In this document: one piece after another, positions 38,961 to 49,913 of the stretch
How the letters are laid out: the number at the start of each line of letters is the position of its first letter
Numbering within the stretch: position 1 is the stretch's first letter
Origin: Candidatus Woesebacteria bacterium GW2011_GWB1_39_12
GTDB taxonomy: Bacteria > Patescibacteriota > Microgenomatia > UBA8517
Length of the DNA stretch: 64,000 nucleotides
Assembly: GCA_000993405.1 (NCBI GenBank)
Contig: LBWB01000007.1
Location: 8,383 to 72,382 of the forward strand
Reading direction: 5' to 3'
Position numbers and translations under genes: made by a program
Notes under the pieces: model-generated
Told to the model about the DNA's origin: nothing
What the model saw: the letters and a program-made list of their open reading frames with translations, nothing else
Database searches by the model: none

Positions 38961-39722
38961 TTATGACAGGCCGGACTTATGTCTTTTTCTTTCGGAAATA
39001 CGATTTAAAAGCAACGTAAATTCAAAAAGTAAAATGAGTGGCAAAGAAAGAAATATATCAGCAATGATTGAGTCGGGAGGAAGAAGAAGGGCAAAGATAA
39101 AAGAACCTAGATAAATCCAGAGGCGCTTTTTACTTAAGGCGTGATGCTTGATGACTCCGATACGCAGAAGAAGTAATAAGACGATAGGAAATTGGAAACC
39201 AATTCCCATAAAAGCCGATGTTAGAAAGACGGTTGTTAAAAGGCCGCTGATATCTAAAATGTTGCCGATACCCAAAGAGATTGACCTGGCTAAAAAAATC
39301 TCGATTTGCCATTTCATGATGACCGCTCCAAGGGAGAACCCCATTAAAAAAAGAAAGATAGAGAAAGGCACGAAGCTAACCACTGTTTTAAACTCTTTTT
39401 TTCTAAGCGCTGGTTTTAAAAAATGCAAAACTTGAAGAATAAAGAGAGGTAGAGCTATAACAAGCCCTGTAACAATACCACAGCTTATGGCAAGGTTGAT
39501 AAACTGGAAAGGTGAGGTAAAGACAATATTAATGCCTTCGAGTGAAAGGGCGCCAATAAAGAATCTAATTATATCTTCATAAAAAGCAAAACCAATTAGT
39601 GTTGAAGCTGCGAAAATTGAAAGCGTAAAAAAGATTCTTTTTCTGACTTCCCTAAAGTAATGTGAATATTTGTTTGTTATTGCAGTTAACTCAGAAGATT
39701 TGAAAGATTTGATATTTTCCAC
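38961..39722 (-). CDS. tatC: Twin-arginine translocase subunit TatC
   Basis: EVRKR, FLKPAL, GIGFQFP and LLPPD motifs; six TM segments; next to tatA genes. Confidence 0.88.
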   Translation of the reverse strand: MENIKSFKSSELTAITNKYSHYFREVRKRIFFTLSIFAASTLIGFAFYEDIIRFFIGALSLEGINIVFTSPFQFINLAISCGIVTGLVIALPLFILQVLHFLKPALRKKEFKTVVSFVPFSIFLFLMGFSLGAVIMKWQIEIFLARSISLGIGNILDISGLLTTVFLTSAFMGIGFQFPIVLLLLLRIGVIKHHALSKKRLWIYLGSFIFALLLPPDSIIADIFLSLPLILLFEFTLLLNRISERKRHKSGLS

Positions 39723-39743
39723 GGCAGTAGCGCTCTAATAAAT

Positions 39744-39911
39744 TTAACCTTCAACATTTTTTTCTTGTTCATTATCTTTTGAAGCTTTTTTAAATTCTTT
39801 GACTGCGTCTGCCAAACCTTTAAAAAGTTCCGGGATTTTCTTGCCTCCGAAGAGCAAAATGACTACGGCTGCGATAATAAGTAGTTCAGTAGTTCCTAGT
39901 GATCGAAACAT
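39744..39911 (-). CDS. tatA: TatA/E, 55 aa (absent from the ORF track)
   Basis: Own translation [55 protein letters not shown]. Confidence 0.92.
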   Translation of the reverse strand: MFRSLGTTELLIIAAVVILLFGGKKIPELFKGLADAVKEFKKASKDNEQEKNVEG

Positions 39912-39917
39912 TTTCTA

Positions 39918-40121
39918 TTATGTCACCTCCTCATTTTTTTTACTTGGTTGATCGTCTTCAATAGCTTCGGTAAAGTTCTTTTTTATTTTTTTGATCTCTT
40001 TGAGACTTTGCCCTGCAGTTCTACCAAACGAGATAAATGCTTTTGCACCAAAAAGTAATATCAAAATTGAAACAAGAATAATTATCTCTGTCGTACTGAT
40101 ATTTTTAAGAAAGCCTGGCAT
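39918..40121 (-). CDS. Second TatA/B-family subunit
   Basis: TEIIILVSILILLFGAK...GRTAGQSLKEIKK. Confidence 0.85.
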   Translation of the reverse strand: MPGFLKNISTTEIIILVSILILLFGAKAFISFGRTAGQSLKEIKKIKKNFTEAIEDDQPSKKNEEVT

Positions 40122-40179
40122 CTAATTAATTAGACTATATTACTTGGGGGAATAAAAAACAATAGGTAAAAATGAACAA

Positions 40180-40380
40180 CTATACTTCTGTCATTGACGC
40201 TGCCAGCCAAAAGGATCCGTTATAATATTCCAGACTGTTTGTTTGTGAGTTAAAGCCGATTGTTCCGCGCTTGGGTTTTTTCGGCCTAGCGTCTGTTTCC
40301 CAGGAGCTAATTCTTGGTAAACCAAGCATTAGTGATAAACCTTGGCCTATGTCCATTAAAACTGTGGATTTACTTTCCAT
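40180..40380 (-). CDS. Small protein paralogous to the C-terminal module of the Ser/Pro-repeat protein
   Basis: RISSW...RPKKPKRGTIGFNSQTNSLEYYNGSFWL aligns with RIPSW...[28 protein letters not shown]. Confidence 0.8.
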   Translation of the reverse strand: MESKSTVLMDIGQGLSLMLGLPRISSWETDARPKKPKRGTIGFNSQTNSLEYYNGSFWLAASMTEV

Positions 40381-40593
40381 CTTGTTGAAATCATTATATC
40401 GATCAAAGTAACTTACATCAAGTGTTAAGGAACCAACTATACTTGCTTTTCTTTAGGTGGTTTAGGTAAAACTTGTAAGGTGTTCACTTGCAAGGTTTAA
40501 GAACAATATTTAAGCATGAAATACCTTGCAAGTTTTGCAATTGAAGACCGATCCTTACAAGATAAGTGAGTTTGAAACTACTACTTGCAAGGA

Positions 40594-43500
40594 TTATATT
40601 TTTTTCATTGGTAGAGTCAGCCAGCTAGATCCGTTCCAAACTTCAATATTATTTGTTTGAAGATTAAATCCAAACGTTCCTGTTTTTGGGTTTTTAGGTC
40701 TGCCTGAGATATTCCAAGAGGGGATTCGTTTCTGGATATTAGACACCGTTGCACCCAAAACCTTTTTATTGTTTGTATTAAAAATCGTATGGTTTCTGAA
40801 AAGAATAGGCGGTTCTGGAATAGGAGCAACATAAGCTTCCGATGGACTTACCGAAGGTGAGACGCTAAAACTTGCTGAGTATATGATAGCAGGAGAAGGG
40901 GAAGGAGATGCAGAGGGGCCGCTTGGGGCCACGGAGGGACTAGCTGATGGTGAAAGAGAAGCTGAACCACTTTCTCCACCTAGAGAAGGACTGGCAGACG
41001 GTGATAATGATCCGGAAGGACTCCCGCTGGCTGACGGACTAAGAGACAGAGATGGGGAGACCGAAGCGCTGATGCTTTCTGACGGTGAGAAAGAGGCCGA
41101 TGGTGAAAGAGAGGCGGATGGTGAAACCGAAGGACTTCCTGATCCAGAAGGACTAAATGAGGCACTTGGTGAAATAGATGCCGACGGCGAGACAGAAGGG
41201 CTAAGGCTTGCTGATGGACTCAAGGAAGCCGAGGGTGATAATGATGCCGACGGCGAGACAGACGGCGAGGCAGATGCACTGGGTGAAAGAGAGGGAGAGA
41301 CGGATGCAGAAGGAGAAATTGACGCACTTCCGGCTTGTGAAGGGCTTACCGATGCGCTGGGAGAAATTGACGGTGACACTGACGCAGACGGACTAACCGA
41401 TGCACTGGGAGAAACAGAAGGAGAAACACTGGCCGATGGCGATTCCGATGGACTTACACTTGCTGATGGAGAAAGAGATGCCGATGGGCTAACAGAAGCA
41501 CTTGGACTAACCGACGGAGAAACTGAAGCAGACGGGCTGACACTAGGACTGATGCTTGCGCTCGGACTGACAGATGCAGACGGACTGGCGCTTGCGCTTG
41601 GAGAGACCGAAGCACTTGGTGAGAGTGAAGCGGACGGTGACATACTTGCTGATGGTGAGACAGAGGCGGATGGACTAATGGATGCACTTGGACTAAGCGA
41701 TGGCGATACGGATGCAGAAGGAGAAACAGAAGGCGATTCCGATGCCGACGGACTCAAACTAACCGAGGGAGAAAGAGAAGGAGAAACAGAAGCTGATGGT
41801 GATACCGATGGACTGAGACTTGCAGAAGGTGAGACTGATTCTGAAGGTGATACCGATGCTGACGGACTTACTGATGCACTAGGCGAGACAGATGCAGACG
41901 GACTCAAAGATGCCGAAGGTGATACTGATGCCGATGGCGATACAGATGCACTAGGACTGACTGATGGAGACACAGAGGCTGAGGGTGAAACGGAAGGACT
42001 TACACTTGCAGATGGGCTAACAGATTCACTCGGACTGACAGAAGCCGACGGAGAAATAGACGCAGACGGCGAGACCGAGGCCGATGGAGAAAGTGATGCC
42101 GATGGTGAAACGGAGGCAGAAGGTGAAAGAGACGCAGACGGGCTAACAGATAGTGAAACCGACGCGCTTTCTGCTTGAGAGGGACTCACAGATGCGCTGG
42201 GGCTGATACTCGCAGACGGCGAGATGGATGCGCTGGGTGACACTGATGCCGACGGGCTAAGCGATGCAGAAGGTGATAAAGATGCTGATGGACTGATGCT
42301 AGCGGAAGGACTAAGTGACGCAGAGGGGGAAACTGATGGAGAAACAGAAGCAGATGGAGACACTGATGGACTTTCACTTGCAGATGGAGAGAGTGATGCC
42401 GATGGTGACACCGAAGCAGAAGGACTAACACTTGCCGAAGGACTGACAGATGCGCTAGGTGAAAGAGAACCTGAGGGGCTGGCACTTGCAGACGGCGAGA
42501 CCGATGCAGATGGACTAATCGATGCACTTGGACTAACCGACGGAGAAATAGATGCTGATGGTGACACCGATGGACTAAGACTGGCAGAAGGAGAGACTGA
42601 TTCAGATGGCGATACTGATGCGGAGGGAGAAACACTGGCTGATGGGCTAAGAGATGCACTAGGCGAGACAGATGCAGACGGGCTAACTGATTCACTTGGT
42701 GACACAGAGGCTGATGGAGAAAGGGATGCACTTGGACTTAAAGAGGGAGAAACAGATGCCGATGGGCTGACAGAAGGCGATTCCGATGCCGACGGACTTA
42801 AAGAGGCCGAAGGGCTGACAGAAGCCGATGGAGATACGGATGCAGATGGAGAAAGACTAGCAGATGGAGACACTGATGCAGATGGACTGACACTTGCCGA
42901 CGGGCTGACTGATTCACTAGGCGAAACTGAAGCTGATGGACTAACAGACCCGCTGGGACTTAGAGAAGGAGAAATAGAGGCAGACGGTGAGACTGATGGA
43001 CTTTCACTCGCAGAAGGACTCAAAGAAGCCGATGGAGAAACTGAGGCAGAAGGCGAAACAGAAGCTGATGGGCTAAGACTCGCAGAAGGACTGACACTTG
43101 CAGATGGGCTAACTGATTCACTTGGTGACACCGACGCAGATGGACTCAAACTTGCAGAAGGACTGAGAGATGGAGAAACAGATGCACTTGGCGAGACAGA
43201 AGGACTCTCACTAGCTGATGGAGAGAGTGAGGCTGATGGTGATACTGATGCGCTAGGCGAGACAGACTCCGACGGTGAAAGAGAAGCAGAAGGAGAAACT
43301 GAAGGGCTAATAGATGCCGATGGTGAAAAAGAAGGTGACTCCGATGCCGACGGACTTAAAGAGGCCGAAGGGCTGACCGATGCCGATGGGCTTACCGAAG
43401 CAGATGGACTAAGGCTAGCGGATGGACTAACCGATGCACTAGGTGATATCGATGCAGACGGACTTAGACTTGCAGAAGGACTGACAGATGGAGACATCGA

Positions 43501-44532
43501 GGCAGAAGGTGAAACAGAAGGACTTTCACTGGCAGATGGGGAGAGTGAGGCAGAAGGAGAGACAGAAGCTGATGGTGACACTGATGCGCTAGGCGAGACA
43601 GACTCCGACGGTGAAAGAGAAGCACTAGGGCTTACTGATGGCGAAATAGAAGCAGATGGAGATATAGAAGGACTTTCACTAGCAGAAGGAGAGAGTGAGG
43701 CAGAAGGACTGAGAGATGCAGATGGACTTAAAGAAGCTGATGGACTGACAGAGGCCGATGGTGACAAAGAAGCACTGGGTGATACCGATTCCGATGGCGA
43801 TACCGAAGCGCTAGGTGATAGTGATGCTGAGGGAGAAAGCGACGCGCTGGGACTCAAAGATGCAGATGGGGAAATACTGGCAGATCCTTGCACCGGTTTA
43901 AGCGCGATGACAACTTCAACAAGTGGGCCGGCAGAGCTACTGCGTACCCAAGATATACTTTGGTTAGCAGGGGGAGTCACGGGTATTGTACTCATTCCCG
44001 AGAAGGTTGTTGCACCTGCAACCGTTACTCGCTCTGTTTGGCCTGCTGTTGCAGTAGAAGTGAGTGTTCCTCCTGTACTGGCCTTCGCGATCATGGCGTC
44101 AACAACCCATGCGTTATCTGTGATTGTTTGCAAGCTGACCGGGGTTGCCGAAGAAGTAGCAGGATTTATAGCTAAAAATGTACTTGCTTCCGGCGCTTGC
44201 TGTGCCACACCGCTTAAGGCGATTGCTCCGACTGAAGTCTCGGTATTAGTATCTGTACTTGCAAAAGTTGCCTGGACGGTGTATGTACCGGTACCAGGCA
44301 ACTGGGCAGACAGCATATAGAAAATGCCGGCGGCATTTACTCCGGCAGCGTTATTGGCACTTTCGGCCGAAGTCATTGCTACACCGTTGAAATTTATGCC
44401 AGTTGGAGGGTTAAAGCCTGCCGCATAGGCAACCACCATATCGTACGCGGAGCCAATCGTGATATCTACACTCGGGCTGGCTGAAGCAGAGGCTGCTGCT
44501 ATTCCTGCCGCTGCGACGAATGCAATTGCCAT
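40594..44532 (-). CDS. 1312-aa fibre-like protein: globular N-domain, ~1000 aa of SPSAS(V/L/I) repeats, small C-terminal module
   Basis: Uninterrupted ORF with GGAGG SD; non-repetitive ends; synonymous codon variation among repeats indicates protein-level selection. Confidence 0.88.
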   Translation of the reverse strand: MAIAFVAAAGIAAASASASPSVDITIGSAYDMVVAYAAGFNPPTGINFNGVAMTSAESANNAAGVNAAGIFYMLSAQLPGTGTYTVQATFASTDTNTETSVGAIALSGVAQQAPEASTFLAINPATSSATPVSLQTITDNAWVVDAMIAKASTGGTLTSTATAGQTERVTVAGATTFSGMSTIPVTPPANQSISWVRSSSAGPLVEVVIALKPVQGSASISPSASLSPSASLSPSASLSPSASVSPSESVSPSASLSPSASVSPSASLSPSASLSPSASLSPSASESPSISPSASISPSVSPSASLSPSESVSPSASVSPSASVSPSASLSPSASESPSVSPSASMSPSVSPSASLSPSASISPSASVSPSASLSPSASVSPSASVSPSASLSPSASESPSFSPSASISPSVSPSASLSPSESVSPSASVSPSASLSPSASESPSVSPSASVSPSLSPSASLSPSASVSPSESVSPSASVSPSASLSPSASVSPSASVSPSASLSPSASESPSVSPSASISPSLSPSGSVSPSASVSPSESVSPSASVSPSASVSPSASLSPSASVSPSASVSPSASLSPSASESPSVSPSASVSPSLSPSASLSPSASVSPSESVSPSASVSPSASLSPSASVSPSASVSPSESVSPSASLSPSVSPSASISPSVSPSASISPSASVSPSASASPSGSLSPSASVSPSASVSPSASVSPSASLSPSASESPSVSPSASVSPSVSPSASLSPSASISPSASLSPSASLSPSASVSPSASISPSASISPSASVSPSQAESASVSLSVSPSASLSPSASVSPSASLSPSASVSPSASISPSASVSPSESVSPSASVSPSVSPSASVSPSVSPSASVSPSASVSPSASLSPSASVSPSASVSPSASVSPSESVSPSASLSPSVSPSASVSPSLSPSVSLSPSASESPSVSPSASVSPSLSPSASISPSASVSPSASMSPSASLSPSASVSPSASASPSASVSPSASISPSVSPSASVSPSVSPSASVSPSASLSPSASVSPSESPSASVSPSVSPSASVSPSASVSPSISPSASVSPSQAGSASISPSASVSPSLSPSASASPSVSPSASLSPSASLSPSASLSPSVSPSASISPSASFSPSGSGSPSVSPSASLSPSASFSPSESISASVSPSLSLSPSASGSPSGSLSPSASPSLGGESGSASLSPSASPSVAPSGPSASPSPSPAIIYSASFSVSPSVSPSEAYVAPIPEPPILFRNHTIFNTNNKKVLGATVSNIQKRIPSWNISGRPKNPKTGTFGFNLQTNNIEVWNGSSWLTLPMKKI

Positions 44533-44533
44533 T

Positions 44534-45697
44534 TTAGCGCCCTCCTCCCGCTAAACGGATACTTAGCTTGAGAGAATCTACATAGTATTGATTTTCTTCT
44601 ATTGCTCCAACAATATGTAAAAGCAGCATATTCTTATTCATAAGCTGGGCAACCATATTTCCGAACTCGGTTAACGCCCTTTGGCGTTTTTTGGATCCTT
44701 TCTTTAGGTTTAATAATTTCTTAAGATGTATGTTAATTTGTGCATTCAGGTTAAATGCCTCTGATTGAACTTCTATATATTGCTTTTTAAATGAAAACCG
44801 TGCACCATCAAATTCCCCCACTGAAAATACAGATGCTCCGGCCGTTCCTTCCATTGCGCGGGCCTTCTCCAAGTATCTTTGACTCTCTCTGATCCTTCCA
44901 TTAAGAATTCCGGCTTGTTCACTTCTTTTGTTGAGTTCGTTTAGCTCCTTTTGAATTTCAACACTTGTATCAGCCTTTAAAAGACCAGACAGACTTTCCA
45001 GAAAGATTTTTGCTTCTTGGTTGTAGCGATCCTTATCGTCACCCAGTTCGGTAGTTAATTCGGCAATCCTTTTCTCGATCTTGGTTGTAGGTAATGCCAC
45101 ATCTCCTTCGTAGCCGTACATTGGGGAATCAAAAATTGAATTGTAAAGAATTATTTTTACTCCGAGTGCGGTAAGGTAACCGATCCAAAAGCCGAAACCA
45201 GTTAACTGGTATCGGTATTCGCTTTCCGTCTCCAACTCAATCCCGTGAATCTCAACGCGCTCATAGCGTTTCCCTTGTTTCCACATGTCAGCAACCAGCG
45301 CAAATGCATAGTCCGGTGAAGAACTAAAAAATTTAAAGTTTTTTTCTTCCCCCTTAACGACCACACTGACGTTTTCGGAAAGTGAGAGCACACGCTCAAT
45401 AGGGTATTTTTTTGATTTCGGGATATCAGTGTAGTGCTTTTGCATGTAAACAGTTGGTGTTATACCGGATTTAAGCCAAAGGTAATGCTCTTCGTCGCTT
45501 CTATTTTTTGGATTTTTCCAAATTGCCTCATGGTGCAATTGGAAGACTGTATCGCACTTTGGATATTTCAGTTCGCCATTTTCTTTCTTTGCATTTGGGG
45601 CTTCATTAAACATCCAGATATCGCAGTCGGTTCTTGACCAGTCGAACGTTTTCAATCCGTTCGGGTGCGTACCCATTATTACGAGCGTTTTTTTCAT
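44534..45697 (-). CDS. Hypothetical protein, N-terminal domain possibly Maf/CST-like sugar transferase, C-terminal coiled coil
   Basis: [31 protein letters not shown] and YGYE motifs; fold assignment tentative. Confidence 0.6.
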   Translation of the reverse strand: MKKTLVIMGTHPNGLKTFDWSRTDCDIWMFNEAPNAKKENGELKYPKCDTVFQLHHEAIWKNPKNRSDEEHYLWLKSGITPTVYMQKHYTDIPKSKKYPIERVLSLSENVSVVVKGEEKNFKFFSSSPDYAFALVADMWKQGKRYERVEIHGIELETESEYRYQLTGFGFWIGYLTALGVKIILYNSIFDSPMYGYEGDVALPTTKIEKRIAELTTELGDDKDRYNQEAKIFLESLSGLLKADTSVEIQKELNELNKRSEQAGILNGRIRESQRYLEKARAMEGTAGASVFSVGEFDGARFSFKKQYIEVQSEAFNLNAQINIHLKKLLNLKKGSKKRQRALTEFGNMVAQLMNKNMLLLHIVGAIEENQYYVDSLKLSIRLAGGGR

Positions 45698-45978
45698 CAC
45701 GTTAGAAATAGAAAACGTTTCATACGGTTTTTAAGATATCTTCTACCCATTCCAGTCTTGAGGTATTTTTCTCGAGCAACCCCGTCTAATTTATTTTTAC
45801 ATCCTTCAAAATAGATTATTTCGAATGGTCCTCGGCCTTTGGTGTATCTGGACAATCCTTTCTGATGTTCCTGTAAACGTTTTCGAAGATTGTTAGTGCA
45901 ACCAATATACCACTTTCCAGATCTAGTACCTCTTAAAACATAAACATATTGATAATTGAAATTTCTAACGTGATTCAT
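45697..45978 (-). CDS. Small GIY-YIG nuclease
   Basis: YVYVLR...WYIGCTNNLRKRLQEH...REKYLKTGMGR. Confidence 0.92.
   Translation of the reverse strand: MNHVRNFNYQYVYVLRGTRSGKWYIGCTNNLRKRLQEHQKGLSRYTKGRGPFEIIYFEGCKNKLDGVAREKYLKTGMGRRYLKNRMKRFLFLT
45698..45973 (-). mobile_element. Putative GIY-YIG-carrying element with terminal inverted repeats and 5-bp target duplication
   Basis: CACGTTAGAAAT/ATTTCTAACGTG termini; TTCAT at 45693-45697 and 45974-45978. Confidence 0.75.
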
Positions 45979-46129
45979 TTTCTTTCAGTCCATTGTTTAT
46001 ATACAACACACTAGCCGTGACTTTCGACGGCTAAAAACTATTTACGCATTCATTATAGTAGAAGTTATCCCCAAAGAATATTAGAAGATTCTTTGATTAC
46101 AGTCCTTTTACTCTATGCTAAAATAAATT

Positions 46130-47878
46130 GTGAAGATTCCTGCAATTCTCCTATTGGTTTTTGTCCTTTTTATTTCTTCCTTTCCAATATTTTCAAGAAG
46201 TGCGACGGGTCAGGAAGGCGGGCCTGTCATTTCTGATATCAGCGTTTCTACTTCGGGAGACTCTGCAACAATAACATGGACAACCGACGTACCAGCCGAG
46301 TCTGACGTTGACTGGGGAACAAATCCAGATGACAATGATTTTACAACTGGAAATGACCATACATTTGTTACTTCTCACTCAGTTACAATATCATCCCTTT
46401 TACCCAGTACGGTATACTACATTAAAATATTCAATAGGAATGAAGCTGGTTATGAGACAATTTCTGATATCCAATCCTTTACGAGCGCCAGTCAAAATCC
46501 TACGGCTACCGAGGCACCGGCTACAAGTACTACCACCACTACCACCGCTTCTACTACGACTACAACGACAAAAAAGGTTGTTGATACCACGGCGCCCAGT
46601 CTTTCTTTAACAACCAACCTTTCTCACCCGTACGTTAAAGCACCGATTCTTACCGGGTCTGCCACTGATGAGATTGATGTAAGCTCTGTTGAGTACTCAA
46701 CCGATGGGGGAGCGAATTGGATTGCTGCAAGTCTTGAAGGAAAGGGTACGAAAAGCGCGACATTTAATTTTTCTTTGGGGGTTTTGGATGATGGAAATTA
46801 TCCTTTTCAGATCCGTGCCAAAGATTCTGCTGGCAACACTTCGGAAACGAAATCCTATACCCTTATTATTGACAGACTTCCGCCTCAGGTTGGCGGGGTT
46901 GTCTTTTCATTAGGTCCCCAGACATTTGCCCCAACCAAAGACGGGACACTTGTAACCGTCGCAGGATTGGAACAAAAACTCACTCTTTCCGCAATTGGCG
47001 GTCCGACTTCGTTAGAAGTTTCGGCGGGTGACAATAAATTTAGTTTGACCAAAAATATTGAGAGCGGTTTATGGTCAGGACTAATTAAATTCGACAGTCC
47101 TGGGGTATATGATCTGACGACAAAATCTATAGACGGAGCCAAAAATGAGACCGACCAGGTCCTCGTTAAGATAGAAGTTTTGCAAGCAGGATCGGTTTCG
47201 TACTCAGGAAAGTCAATTAATGGGGCTGAGGTTTTAGTCTATATTTTTGAGCCCACATTAGGTGAGTTTATTGTCTGGGATGGCGCTTCCTATAGCCAGT
47301 CTAACCCACAAAAAACCGGTGAAAACGGTAACTATAGCCTTCTTTTACCTTTCGGAAAGTATTATCTTGAGGTTAAAATTTCCAGAATAATTAAATTGAG
47401 AAGTCAAATTTTTGAAATTACCAACCCATCTGTTATTAATGCCGACTTTGAAAGCGGTACATTATCTCTACCCTTCATAACTAAAGAAGTTAAAGTCACC
47501 CCAACAAAGGGCTTTACTGAAGTACCTATTGAGAACGGACTTGTTGGCCGCGACTTTCCATTTGAACTTGTCGAATCGGCCAAGGGAAAGCGTCTTATAA
47601 GCTTTGTGGCTACTTGGCTCCCCGATACTGCCCAACAAATTCAAATGTTAGAGGTAGTGGCTGACGATACCAAAAATATCGTTATTGTTCCTCAGGAATC
47701 AGCGGCAACTGTTGAAATCTACCGCAAGAGGGGAGGCTACACCCTGGAAATGTTTTCCGATCCTGATGGGAAGCTTGTTGAACCACTTAGGTTACGTTTT
47801 CTCCCTGTCCATTTTTTCTTAGATGAAGGTGGTAAGATTAGTAAAATAAAATACGGGATATTAAGTTTAGAGCAATGA
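46130..47878 (+). CDS. Secreted multidomain protein: FN3/Ig-like domains, Thr-rich linker, C-terminal thioredoxin-like fold lacking CxxC
   Basis: Signal peptide, ATITWTTD, DTTAP, IRAKDSAGN; FVATWLP...DPDG...LPVHFFLD. Confidence 0.75.
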   Translation: MKIPAILLLVFVLFISSFPIFSRSATGQEGGPVISDISVSTSGDSATITWTTDVPAESDVDWGTNPDDNDFTTGNDHTFVTSHSVTISSLLPSTVYYIKIFNRNEAGYETISDIQSFTSASQNPTATEAPATSTTTTTTASTTTTTTKKVVDTTAPSLSLTTNLSHPYVKAPILTGSATDEIDVSSVEYSTDGGANWIAASLEGKGTKSATFNFSLGVLDDGNYPFQIRAKDSAGNTSETKSYTLIIDRLPPQVGGVVFSLGPQTFAPTKDGTLVTVAGLEQKLTLSAIGGPTSLEVSAGDNKFSLTKNIESGLWSGLIKFDSPGVYDLTTKSIDGAKNETDQVLVKIEVLQAGSVSYSGKSINGAEVLVYIFEPTLGEFIVWDGASYSQSNPQKTGENGNYSLLLPFGKYYLEVKISRIIKLRSQIFEITNPSVINADFESGTLSLPFITKEVKVTPTKGFTEVPIENGLVGRDFPFELVESAKGKRLISFVATWLPDTAQQIQMLEVVADDTKNIVIVPQESAATVEIYRKRGGYTLEMFSDPDGKLVEPLRLRFLPVHFFLDEGGKISKIKYGILSLEQ

Positions 47879-47934
47879 CGGACTAATGTCCTTTGGACTT
47901 TGTCCCAGAAATTAGTATTTAGAAATTCTAGATT

Positions 47935-49500
47935 ATGTGGATACAGTTTATTCTTGAAAACTTGAGGTTTGCCATTAGCCTTTTTGCCGGACTGATCTTT
48001 TTTGGCGTCGGCTGGCTCTATTTTGACGCTTGGTTGGAAAAACACGAGAAAAAGGAGCTCTTAAGATATCTTGGTTTTTTCCTGCTTGCTTTCTCTTTTG
48101 CCTTTTCCGCGACCCAGGTAGAATCCACTCTAATTGAGGTACCGTTTTCTGCAATTTTAGGTAACATTCTGGCTTCTACTTCGATTTTAGCCAAGATTTC
48201 CGGCTTGATTTTAATTACCATAAGTTTGGTGATTGATCCGATTCAGCCTCGTCCTGATGTCTCAAAATTTGCGAGTTCTGGTATTTTTGGAATACCTTTG
48301 CCGTTTTCTTTGCTGCACCCTTTTCTTGCACTATCTGTTGGCTTTTTGTACTTCAGGCGCGCAACAATCGGGCTTGAGAGGCACTTAAGGCCGGTTGCCA
48401 TTGCCTTTTTTGTCCTGGGTTTCTCTGAATTCTTATCTCTTGGAAGCTTTTTTAGATCCACGACCAACGTTGGTCTCTACAATCTAGTTGCCGTTTTCGG
48501 ACCAATCTGGTTTGCCCGCTACATTTCACTTGCCGTTGCCACTTTTATTCTTGGTAAGTGGGTATTTGGCTATCTTCTTAAGCGCTTTCTTACTCAACTC
48601 TTTATGATTTTTACCTCCAGCATTTTGGTTATTTTCTTGGTGACAGCGGTTACTTTTAGTGGAATCTTGCTTAATAATATCCAAAAGGAAACGTTTGTTC
48701 GGCTTGAAATTGATGCTCGTGTCCTTGCGTATGCAATTGATGCCAGGAAAGCCCAAACTCTCTCTGATGCCCAGCTGGCTGCCCAAAATTCACAAATTGT
48801 CACATCCCTTGGTTCACGCAAGAGCCTCGCGACTAACTTGGAGAACTTCCTTCTTTCCAAAGATCAAAGTTTCCTTTGGGCACTTGATTCTAGTGGTACG
48901 GTTCTTGCCAGGGGAGAAGATAGTGAAAAATTCGGCGATTCGGTAGCAGGAGATCCCTTGGTCCAAAAAGCTCTTGAGGGCACGGCAGTTACTTCAATTG
49001 GTTCCCGTGATGGTGCTTTTGCACCAATTATTACCATACAGGCAGCCGTGCCGATAAAGTCTCGGGGTGCGATTGTCGCCGGTACAACCATAGATAATGC
49101 CTTTGCCGATGGTATCAAAAAAGCCACTGGTTTTGAGACTTCTATCTATGGTGGAAATACTCTTTCGGCGACAACATTTGTTACGGCTGACGGCAAAACC
49201 AGGCCAGTGGGAATAAAGGAGGAAAATGCTCAGGTAAAATCGCAAGTTCTAGAAAAAGGTGAATCTCTTAATCTAGCTTTAAAAATCCTTGGAGTGCCTT
49301 ATTTGGGAGTATATCTGCCCCTCAAGGACATTACCGAAAAGCCAGTTGGGGTGATATTTGTCGGTGAGCCTCAAACTGAGGTACTCCAGACTGCCGGGGC
49401 GTCAATTGAGTTGACATTCATTTCGACCGTAGCCTTACTCCTCTTGTCGGTCATTCCTTCCTACCTTATTGCCAAGTATATTGCAAAACAAGTAGAGTAG
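47935..49500 (+). CDS. Polytopic membrane protein with extracytoplasmic Cache-like domain and no output domain
   Basis: Many N-terminal TM segments, DSSGTVLARG...ATT...YLPLKD...VGVIFVG, ends right after the last TM. Confidence 0.7.
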   Translation: MWIQFILENLRFAISLFAGLIFFGVGWLYFDAWLEKHEKKELLRYLGFFLLAFSFAFSATQVESTLIEVPFSAILGNILASTSILAKISGLILITISLVIDPIQPRPDVSKFASSGIFGIPLPFSLLHPFLALSVGFLYFRRATIGLERHLRPVAIAFFVLGFSEFLSLGSFFRSTTNVGLYNLVAVFGPIWFARYISLAVATFILGKWVFGYLLKRFLTQLFMIFTSSILVIFLVTAVTFSGILLNNIQKETFVRLEIDARVLAYAIDARKAQTLSDAQLAAQNSQIVTSLGSRKSLATNLENFLLSKDQSFLWALDSSGTVLARGEDSEKFGDSVAGDPLVQKALEGTAVTSIGSRDGAFAPIITIQAAVPIKSRGAIVAGTTIDNAFADGIKKATGFETSIYGGNTLSATTFVTADGKTRPVGIKEENAQVKSQVLEKGESLNLALKILGVPYLGVYLPLKDITEKPVGVIFVGEPQTEVLQTAGASIELTFISTVALLLLSVIPSYLIAKYIAKQVE

Positions 49501-49517
49501 TACTACGATCTAATTGA

Positions 49518-49913
49518 ATGGCAAAAATTCTCATCATTGAAGACGACCCGTTAATGCAGCGGATGTACAATAAGATTTTTACTTTCGAAAAGTACGATGT
49601 AGATGTGGCTGCAAATGGTTCTGAAGGTCTCTCCAAAGTTAAATCAGGCAAACCCACACTTATTCTTCTTGATATCATGATGCCCAAAATGAATGGCCTC
49701 GAGGTTCTCAAATCCCTCAAGGCCAGCGAAGCAACTAAAAAGATTCCTGTCGTCATGTTGACAAACCTTGCCGGCCAAGAAGACGCCGAGACGGCTCTCA
49801 AGCTCGGCGCCGTGCGCTATATTGTCAAATCTGAACACGAGCCCGAAGAGGTAACTAAAATTGTCAAGGGGATTCTCAAGGGTTACACAAGAGAAGAAGT
49901 TCCCACGGGATGA
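49518..49913 (+). CDS. Single-domain response regulator
   Basis: IIEDD, LLDIMMP, MLTN, YIVK. Confidence 0.92.
   Translation: MAKILIIEDDPLMQRMYNKIFTFEKYDVDVAANGSEGLSKVKSGKPTLILLDIMMPKMNGLEVLKSLKASEATKKIPVVMLTNLAGQEDAETALKLGAVRYIVKSEHEPEEVTKIVKGILKGYTREEVPTG

Noticed and set aside
40880-43880. 18-bp periodicity as a CRISPR array
   Set aside because: No constant repeat with unique spacers; variation is synonymous; no cas genes in the window
40883-44320. Long plus-strand ORFs (431 and 698 aa) rich in D/G/E/A/L/T
   Set aside because: Antisense shadows of Ser/Pro codons; the minus-strand frame has the SD, unique terminal domains and operon context
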